Origin: Planctomycetaceae bacterium UBA4655
GTDB taxonomy: Bacteria; Planctomycetota; Planctomycetia; Pirellulales; UBA1268
Direction of reading: 5' to 3'
Length of the DNA stretch: 15,946 nt
Assembly (NCBI GenBank): GCA_002405515.1
Contig: DHLZ01000204.1
Coordinates: 1 to 15,946 of the forward strand
Both the position numbers and the translations under genes were made by a program. Positions 5,733 through 11,980 of the stretch are shown here, piece by piece. The notes beneath the pieces are model-generated. The model had not been told where the DNA came from. It did no database searches and saw only the letters and a program-made list of their open reading frames with translations. Positions within the stretch are counted from its first letter, which is position 1. Every line of letters starts with the position of its first letter.

Positions 5733-7472
5733 ATGATCAAACTTCAGGGAATCGCGGTCTCGTCCGGCGTCACGATCGGCGAGGCGCTCGTGCTCGACGC
5801 AGAGGGCTTTCGGATCCCTCGGCGGTTCGTCGCCCGGTCGGCCGTGGACACCGAACTCGAGCGGCTCTCCACGGCCATCGGCGACACCACCCGCGAGATC
5901 GAGCGCAACCGCGACGCCATCCGCGCGGAGCTGGGTCAGCAGTACGCCGCCATCTTCGACGCCCACCTCGCGATGCTTCACGACGAGCGGCTCCAGGCCG
6001 AACTCGTCAGCGCGGTCCGTGACAAGAACCTCTGGCCGGAATACGCGGTCAGCCGCACGCTCCGCCGCTACGCGAAGGCCTTCCAGAATCTCGACAACCA
6101 CATCGCCCAGCGGGCCCACGACATCTACGACATCGAGAAGAGCCTGCTGCGGAACCTGCTCGGCCAGCGGAGCGAGACGCTCGCGGCCGTCTCCCAGCCG
6201 GTGATCGTGCTCGCCCACAACCTCACCCCGAGCGAGACCGCGAAGCTCGACCGGCGGTTCGTCCAGGGATTCGCGACGGAGCTCGGCGGGCCCGGCAGCC
6301 ATACCGCGATCGTGGCCGAAGGTCTCGAAATCCCGGCGGTGGTCGGGATCGGGCCGTTCTTGAGCGACGTCTCGGGCGGGGAGCCCGTGATCCTCGACGG
6401 CAACCAGGGGGTCGTGATCCTGCAGCCCGACGAGGAGACGATCGCCAGGTATCGGCTCGAGGTCGAGGCGGCACGAACGGCGGCCGTGAACCTCGGGCGG
6501 CTCCGCGACCTTCCCGCCGAGACGATCGACGGCGTCCGGATCCGGATCCACGGCAACATCGAGTTTCCGAACGAGGTCGAGCAGTGCATCCGCCGCGGCT
6601 GCGACGGCATCGGCCTGTACCGCACCGAGTTTCTCTACCTCACGAGCCCCCGGGAGCCGACGGAAGAGGACCACTTCGCCGCCTACAGCGAGGTCGTGAG
6701 GGCGATGGGCGGCAAGCCGGTGGTGATCCGCACGCTCGACCTGGGCGCCGACAAGATGCTCACCGAGACGACGCCCGAGGAGGAGAGGAATCCGTGCCTC
6801 GGCCTGCGGAGCATCCGACTGTCGCTGCGGCAGCTGCCTATGTTCCGGACGCAGTTGCGGGCGATCCTGCGGGCGAGCGCCCTCGGCGACGTGCGGGTGA
6901 TGTTTCCGCTCATCTCGACGATCGTCGAATTGCGTCAGGCGCGGATGGTGCTGGCCGACGTCATGGAAGACCTCGCCGAGCACGGGATCGCGTTCAACCG
7001 CGACATGCAGGTCGGCATGATGGTGGAAACGCCGGCCGCCGCGGTCATGCTCGACACGTTCGTGGGGGACGTGGACTTCGTGTCGATCGGCACGAACGAC
7101 CTCATTCAATACACGTTGGCCGTGGACCGTGGCAACAAGGAGGTCGCGGACCTCTACAACGCCTGCGACCCGGCTGTGCTGCGGCTCTTGAAGCGGTCGG
7201 TGCAGACCGCGAAGGAGGCGAACGTTCCCGCGAACGTGTGCGGTCAGATGAGCGGCAGCGTCATGTACACGCAGCTGCTTCTGGGCATGGGCCTCGAGCA
7301 GTTGAGCGTTCCCGCAAGCGCGATTCCCGAGGTGAAGCAGCTCTGTCGGAGCGTTTCGCTGGAGGAATGTCGCGCGATCGCGGAGAGGGTGCTGGAAATG
7401 GACAGCGCCCAGCAGGTCAAGTCGTTTTTACGGGATCAGTTGCGCCGCGTGCTCGCCCAGACTGTGGCGTAG
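5733..7472 (+). CDS. ptsI: Phosphoenolpyruvate-protein phosphotransferase (PTS Enzyme I), without an N-terminal GAF domain
   Basis: 579 aa. The N-terminus MIKLQGIAVSSGVTIGEALVL matches EI. GGPGSHTAIVAEGLEIPAVVG is the His-domain signature, and the C-terminal PEP-utilizer/TIM-barrel motifs are present (...GIGLYRTEFLYL...NDLIQYTLAVDR...). The protein starts directly with the EI N-domain, so it is not PtsP-type. Confidence 0.95.
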   Translation: MIKLQGIAVSSGVTIGEALVLDAEGFRIPRRFVARSAVDTELERLSTAIGDTTREIERNRDAIRAELGQQYAAIFDAHLAMLHDERLQAELVSAVRDKNLWPEYAVSRTLRRYAKAFQNLDNHIAQRAHDIYDIEKSLLRNLLGQRSETLAAVSQPVIVLAHNLTPSETAKLDRRFVQGFATELGGPGSHTAIVAEGLEIPAVVGIGPFLSDVSGGEPVILDGNQGVVILQPDEETIARYRLEVEAARTAAVNLGRLRDLPAETIDGVRIRIHGNIEFPNEVEQCIRRGCDGIGLYRTEFLYLTSPREPTEEDHFAAYSEVVRAMGGKPVVIRTLDLGADKMLTETTPEEERNPCLGLRSIRLSLRQLPMFRTQLRAILRASALGDVRVMFPLISTIVELRQARMVLADVMEDLAEHGIAFNRDMQVGMMVETPAAAVMLDTFVGDVDFVSIGTNDLIQYTLAVDRGNKEVADLYNACDPAVLRLLKRSVQTAKEANVPANVCGQMSGSVMYTQLLLGMGLEQLSVPASAIPEVKQLCRSVSLEECRAIAERVLEMDSAQQVKSFLRDQLRRVLAQTVA

Positions 7473-7518
7473 CCGCGACCGGGTTGGGAAACGCGAAGAA
7501 GAAACCACTGGAGAATTC

Positions 7519-9123
7519 ATGAAACAGGAAATGCTCATCAACGTGTCGCAGCCGGAGGAATGCCGGATCGCGATCATGGAAGACGGTGTGCTCGAGGAGC
7601 TCTACGTGGAGCGGACGAGCGCCGACAACTACGTCGGCAACATCTACAAGGGCCGGATCGTCAACATCGAGCCCTCGATCCAGGCGGCGTTCGTCGATTT
7701 CGGCGTCGGCCGCAACGGCTTTCTCCACATCAGCGACGTGGAGCCGCAGTACTACCGTCAGGGCGGCCTCGATCCCGACAAGGCGTTCGACCTGCCGGAG
7801 CCGGCGGGCAAGGGAGGAGACGACTCGCAGGGGGCCACGAAGACGCCGCCCCGCCGCCGGGCCCGCCTTGGCGACCGGCCGCGGGTGAAGCCGCCGATCC
7901 AGGACGTCCTCCGCCGGGGCGACGAGGTGCTCGTGCAGGTGATCAAGGAGGGCTTCGGCACGAAGGGGCCGACGCTTTCCACGTACATCTCGATCCCGGG
8001 CCGCTACCTCGTGCTCATGCCGCCGCTCGGGCGGGTCGGCATCTCGAAGAAGATCGACGACGAGCAGGATCGCCGCCTCCTTCGCGACATCATGCTGGAG
8101 CTGAAGCCGCCGAAGGGAGTGGGGTTCGTCGTGCGGACGGCCGGCACCACCCGGACGAAGCAGGAGATGGCCCGCGACATGGCCTATCTGCTGCGGCTCT
8201 GGAAGAGCATCGTGCGGCGGATGAGGAAATACTCCGCCCCGATCGACATCTACCAGGAAAGCGACATGATCATCCGCACGATCCGTGACATGTTCACGGA
8301 GAACGTGGGGAGGATCCTCATCGACGAGCCGGCCGCCTACGAGCGTGCCCGCGAGTTCCTCGAACTCGTCATGCCGCGGTACGTGAGCCGGCTGCAGCTC
8401 TATGAGGGCAAGGAGCCGCTCTTCCACCGCTACGGCCTGGAGGAGGAGATCGGCCGGATGTATCAGCGGAAGGTTCCGCTCAAGGGGGGCGGCTCGATCG
8501 TGATCGACCAGACGGAAGCCCTCGTCGCGATCGACGTCAATTCGGGCAGCTTCCGGACGGAGCAGTCGGCCGAGGAGAACGCCTATCAGATGAACCTCAT
8601 CGCCGCGAAGGAGATCGCCCGACAGCTGCGGCTGCGGGACTTGGGCGGCGTGATCGTCAACGACTTCATCGACATGCGGAAGGAGAAGTACCGCCGCGGG
8701 GTCGAGAAGGCGCTCCACGACGCGATGAAGCGGGACCGCGCCCGGACGAAGGTGCTCCGCACGAGCCCCTTCGGCCTGATCGAGATGACCCGCCAGCGGA
8801 TCAGGCCTTCGCTCCGCAAGAGCATCTTCCGCGACTGCCCCACCTGCAACGGCACGGGCACGGTGAAGACGGCGGAGAGCATGGCGATCGAGGTGATGCG
8901 GACGCTCCAGCTTTCGAGCGCCCGCGACGACATCACGAAGCTCGACATCTCGGTGCACGACGACGTCGCCACCTGGATCAACAACAAGAAGCGTCGGGAG
9001 ATGGCCCACTTCGAGGACACGACCCACATCCAGCTTCATGTCGTCGGGAAGGACGGCGTGTCGCCGGAGCATCTCGTCTTCGAGGCAAGGGACTCCGCCG
9101 GTCGGCAGGTGCGGTTTCCGTAG
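7519..9123 (+). CDS. rng: Ribonuclease G/E family endoribonuclease (RNase G-sized, 534 aa)
   Basis: MLINVSQPEECRIAIMEDGVLEELYVER...NIYKGRIVNIEPSIQAAFVDFGVGRNGFLHISD is the S1/RNase E-G catalytic N-terminus. The DNase-I-like region is present. The Zn-link CPTCNGTGTV is present. GGAGAA RBS lies before the ATG at 7519. Confidence 0.9.
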   Translation: MKQEMLINVSQPEECRIAIMEDGVLEELYVERTSADNYVGNIYKGRIVNIEPSIQAAFVDFGVGRNGFLHISDVEPQYYRQGGLDPDKAFDLPEPAGKGGDDSQGATKTPPRRRARLGDRPRVKPPIQDVLRRGDEVLVQVIKEGFGTKGPTLSTYISIPGRYLVLMPPLGRVGISKKIDDEQDRRLLRDIMLELKPPKGVGFVVRTAGTTRTKQEMARDMAYLLRLWKSIVRRMRKYSAPIDIYQESDMIIRTIRDMFTENVGRILIDEPAAYERAREFLELVMPRYVSRLQLYEGKEPLFHRYGLEEEIGRMYQRKVPLKGGGSIVIDQTEALVAIDVNSGSFRTEQSAEENAYQMNLIAAKEIARQLRLRDLGGVIVNDFIDMRKEKYRRGVEKALHDAMKRDRARTKVLRTSPFGLIEMTRQRIRPSLRKSIFRDCPTCNGTGTVKTAESMAIEVMRTLQLSSARDDITKLDISVHDDVATWINNKKRREMAHFEDTTHIQLHVVGKDGVSPEHLVFEARDSAGRQVRFP

Positions 9124-9179
9124 GACCGGCGGCCGGACGGCCCTACGCCCAAAACTCCCGGGAATTTCAGGGCTGCGCT

Positions 9180-9198
9180 CGACCTGCAGGGCAGGTCG
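9180..9198 (+). terminator. Hairpin CGACCTGC-agg-GCAGGTCG downstream of rng, containing CCTGCAGG and related to the window-end repeat family; possible terminator
   Basis: Perfect 8-bp stem with a 3-nt loop, 57 nt after the rng stop. It is followed by gggtatcctttcc, which is only a weak U-tract. A TTGACG -35-like hexamer lies at about 9220, ahead of rplU. Confidence 0.35.
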
Positions 9199-9257
9199 GG
9201 GTATCCTTTCCTGACTGTATTGACGATTTCCGCCCCCGATCTTTTTGGACTCCAGTC

Positions 9258-9653
9258 ATGGCCAAGGCATCTTCCGAACCCACCACCACCACCGCCGCCA
9301 GCACGAGGGGCTCCGCCGCCAGCATGAAGGGCGCGGGCCACGAGTACGCCGTCATCGTCGATGGCGGCCGGCAGTACACCGTGCAGGAGGGGCAGGAGCT
9401 CGAGATCGACTTCCGGCATCTTCCGGCCGGCAGCGAGGTCGTGTTCGACGAGGTGCTCGCGGTGAGCCGCGCGGGCAAGCTCACGCTGGGAGCCCCGAAG
9501 GTGAAGGGGGCAACGGTGAAGGCGAAGGTGGTCGGAACCGAGCAGGGCGAAAAGATCTACGTGCAGAAGTTCGCCCGTCGGAAGAACTACCGCCGCCGCA
9601 CCGGCCACCGCTCGCTCCACACCCGCGTGAAGATCGCGGGTATTTCCGGCTGA
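9258..9653 (+). CDS. rplU: 50S ribosomal protein L21 with an N-terminal extension of about 27 aa
   Basis: YAVIVDGGRQYTVQEGQELEIDF...VVFDEVLAV...GEKIYVQKFARRKNYRRRTGHRSLHTRVKIAGISG is collinear with E. coli L21, MYAVFQSGGKQHRVSEGQ...[28 protein letters not shown]. The extension MAKASSEPTTTTAASTRGSAASMKGAGHE has GC3-biased codons. An alternative internal ATG lies at 9324. Confidence 0.9.
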   Translation: MAKASSEPTTTTAASTRGSAASMKGAGHEYAVIVDGGRQYTVQEGQELEIDFRHLPAGSEVVFDEVLAVSRAGKLTLGAPKVKGATVKAKVVGTEQGEKIYVQKFARRKNYRRRTGHRSLHTRVKIAGISG

Positions 9654-9818
9654 TCAAGCGATCGGCGGGCTCATGGGTGCGGGCCGCGGGTATCTCCGGC
9701 TGATCGAGCGATCGGCGGGCTCATGGGTGCGGGCCGCGGGTATTTCCGGCTGATCAAGCGATCGGCGGGCTCATGGGTGCGGGCCGCGGGTATCTCCGGC
9801 TGATCGAGCGATCGGCGG
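9636..9818 (+). repeat. 50-bp tandem repeat, about 3.65 copies (units 9636-9685, 9686-9735, 9736-9785, partial 9786-9818), beginning within the last codons and stop of rplU
   Basis: Unit gcgggtat(t/c)tccggctgatc(a/g)agcgatcggcgggctcatgggtgcgggcc. Units alternate between two variants (tt..a / tc..g), giving a 100-bp super-unit in about 1.8 copies. The first unit encodes AGISG-stop of L21. Each unit has an imperfect inverted repeat ccggctgatc...gatcggcgg. The array sits between convergent rplU and the flotillin gene. Confidence 0.95.
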
Positions 9819-9819
9819 A

Positions 9820-11883
9820 TCAAGCGGTTGGCGGGGCAGGCGGACTGGTGATGGCCTGTGGTGACACCTCGGCCCTCTGCTGGCGGACGAGCTGGGCGAG
9901 CAGCACCTGCACGAGCCCGCCGCCCTCGACGCCGTCGCCCGCCCCGCCGACGATGATGTCGGGCGTGATCTTCAGCCCGGCCGTCGATATCGCCTTCATG
10001 ACCTCGACGGTGGTGACGCCCTGGGCGGTGAGCGCGTCCACCTGGTCGCGGTAGGCCTTGGCCTGCGCCTCTCCCTTCGACTGCACGACGCTCGCCTCGG
10101 CATCGCCGATCTGCTTCGTCTTCGAGGCCTCGGCCTCGGCGATCAGTTGCACCTTCGCGGCGTCGCCCCTCGCTCGCTCCTCCACCTGCCGGGCCTCGTG
10201 CTGCGCCACCTTGATGCCCGCCTCGGCCGAGATGATCTTCACCTGAGCGTCGGCCTCGGCCCTCGTCTTCTCGAACTCGATCCGCCGCTGCTCCGCGTCC
10301 TTCTTCGCGTCGTACATCGACTTTTCCTGCTCGGCGAGGTTCTTCTGCTGGGTGGTCTTCATGAGGGCCTCGGGCAGGTGGATGTTGGTGATCATCACCG
10401 ACACCACCTCCACCCGATACTTCGCGAGATCCTGCCGGACCGCCTCCTCGGCCGCCTTCTGCTCCTCGGCGCGATTCTGCTGGTAGGCGATGGCCGGCGA
10501 TCGCGAGACCTGGGCCCGGAAGATGCCGTCGATCTGGGGATGGATGACGTTCGTCTCGAGTTCCTCCACGGAGCCGATCTTCTGCACGACGTACGGCGCG
10601 TTCTCCGGCAGGATCCGGTATTGGCAGCGGACTTCCACCTTCATCTCGAAGCCGTCGTGCGACACGACCTGGAACGGGTCGAATCCCGTGATCTCCCGCG
10701 ACTTGGCCTTCTCGGCGCTCCAGTCGACCGACCGGGTCGTCGTGGGGATGATGATCACCGAGTAGGCGAGGGGATTGATGTTGTAGGCGCCCGGGCCGAG
10801 CACCTCCCGTTGGATGCCGCGGAAGCCCTTCGGCACGACGTGCCTCGTCCGCGAACCGTCGGGATGGGGGCCGTCGGTCTCCGGCTCGAACTCCGACGGA
10901 TCCTTTCCGATGTTGGAGATGAGCACGGCCACCTCGCCCTGGCGGACGAGCGCCTGCTTCCTCTTCGAAACGGCGAACATGTACGGATTGATGTAGTAGG
11001 TGCCCGGCGTCAGGATGTTTTCCTGCGGACCCCTTTTTCCACCCTTGTCGAGGAACAGCTGTCCGTCCTGGAAGCTGTTGACGTCCTCGGGCGTGTGCAC
11101 CACGACGTCGCTGCGGGCCATCGACAGGCCGTCGCGGGCGTCAACGATGCCGATCTCGTTCTCGCCGATGCGGATGGCGTCGCTGATCTCGACCTTGAAG
11201 ATCTCGGTGTTGATGTTGTAGGTGCCCGGCCTGAGGAAATCGATCTGCGGCCCCTTCTGCCCGCCGTTCTTCAGGAAGGCCTCCGCCTTCTGGAAATTGT
11301 CGTGGTCGGGGACGCTTCGGCCGAGCAGCTGGCCTGGCGCGAGCGGGGCGCCGTCGGCCGCCGTGATCACGCCGATCTGCCCCTCCGGCACGACCGTCTT
11401 CACGATCTTCGTCACCTTGAAAAGCCCCGGGTGGATCTTGAACGTGCCGTTGGTCAGGAACCGAAGCTGCTTGCCGCGGATGCCGCCGTGCGCGAGAAAC
11501 TCCACCGGGAGCTGGAAGTTGTCGTGCTGCTGGCCTGCGGGATCGTCGGCGAAGATGCGGCCGGCGGGAAGGGCGGCGCCGTCGGTCGCCTCCACGATGC
11601 CGAGCTCGTTGGCGCCGATCGTGATGAACCGCGGCTTCGCGACGACCCGCGTGATCGGCCAGAGGATGAAGTGGAGTCCCGGCGCGAGATACTCCGCCTT
11701 GAATCCCACCTCGCCCTGGAGCGCGAAGACCCGTCCGGGCGAGAGCTCCTTGCCGATGAACCTCCGCTCGAGAACGGCGATCCGATCCGAGCCGACGTTG
11801 ACGAGGAAGCGGGAGAGCAGGACGAGTCCCGCGACGACGCCGAAAAGTGAGGCGACGAGAACGACGATCTGCTGTTCGGTCAT
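9820..11883 (-). CDS. Flotillin-like SPFH/band-7 membrane protein (687 aa) with four extra tandem ~70-aa repeats
   Basis: ATG at 11883 with AGGAAAG 4 nt upstream. The N-terminal TM segment is IVVLVASLFGVVAGLVLL. The C-terminal half is a canonical SPFH core plus a flotillin EA-rich coiled coil (AEQEKSMYDAKKDAEQRRIEFEKTRAEADAQVKIISAEAGIKVAQHEARQ...LIAEAEASKTKQIGDAEA...). Between them sit four repeats, each showing G(I/V)(V/I)....DG..........D.NxFQ...FL..GG.+G.Q...L.PGTY.IN...F.V. The part of the ORF-track entry upstream of 11883 is an Arg-rich extension overlapping the ubiD 3' end and is not called. Confidence 0.85.
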   Translation of the reverse strand: MTEQQIVVLVASLFGVVAGLVLLSRFLVNVGSDRIAVLERRFIGKELSPGRVFALQGEVGFKAEYLAPGLHFILWPITRVVAKPRFITIGANELGIVEATDGAALPAGRIFADDPAGQQHDNFQLPVEFLAHGGIRGKQLRFLTNGTFKIHPGLFKVTKIVKTVVPEGQIGVITAADGAPLAPGQLLGRSVPDHDNFQKAEAFLKNGGQKGPQIDFLRPGTYNINTEIFKVEISDAIRIGENEIGIVDARDGLSMARSDVVVHTPEDVNSFQDGQLFLDKGGKRGPQENILTPGTYYINPYMFAVSKRKQALVRQGEVAVLISNIGKDPSEFEPETDGPHPDGSRTRHVVPKGFRGIQREVLGPGAYNINPLAYSVIIIPTTTRSVDWSAEKAKSREITGFDPFQVVSHDGFEMKVEVRCQYRILPENAPYVVQKIGSVEELETNVIHPQIDGIFRAQVSRSPAIAYQQNRAEEQKAAEEAVRQDLAKYRVEVVSVMITNIHLPEALMKTTQQKNLAEQEKSMYDAKKDAEQRRIEFEKTRAEADAQVKIISAEAGIKVAQHEARQVEERARGDAAKVQLIAEAEASKTKQIGDAEASVVQSKGEAQAKAYRDQVDALTAQGVTTVEVMKAISTAGLKITPDIIVGGAGDGVEGGGLVQVLLAQLVRQQRAEVSPQAITSPPAPPTA

Positions 11884-11980
11884 GACTTTCCTTGCTCGGA
11901 GTGGCTGCCGTGCGGCCACGGCACGGACGTCGGAGGATACTACCTCCGCGGGGTGCCCGTTGCACGGCAGGCATCGGCCT

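Noticed and set aside
5481-7109. Long antisense ORFs opposite real genes: 5481..7109(-), 7417..9072(-), 10147..11850(+), 11222..13909(+), 14283..15893(-), 1814..3802(-), 2532..4067(-)
   Set aside because: They are typical high-GC artefacts. They are Arg/Pro/Gly/Asp-rich with no recognisable family patterns and lack the GC3 skew. They lie opposite genes with strong homology signatures (ptsI, rng, flotillin, ubiD, rarA, the membrane protein).
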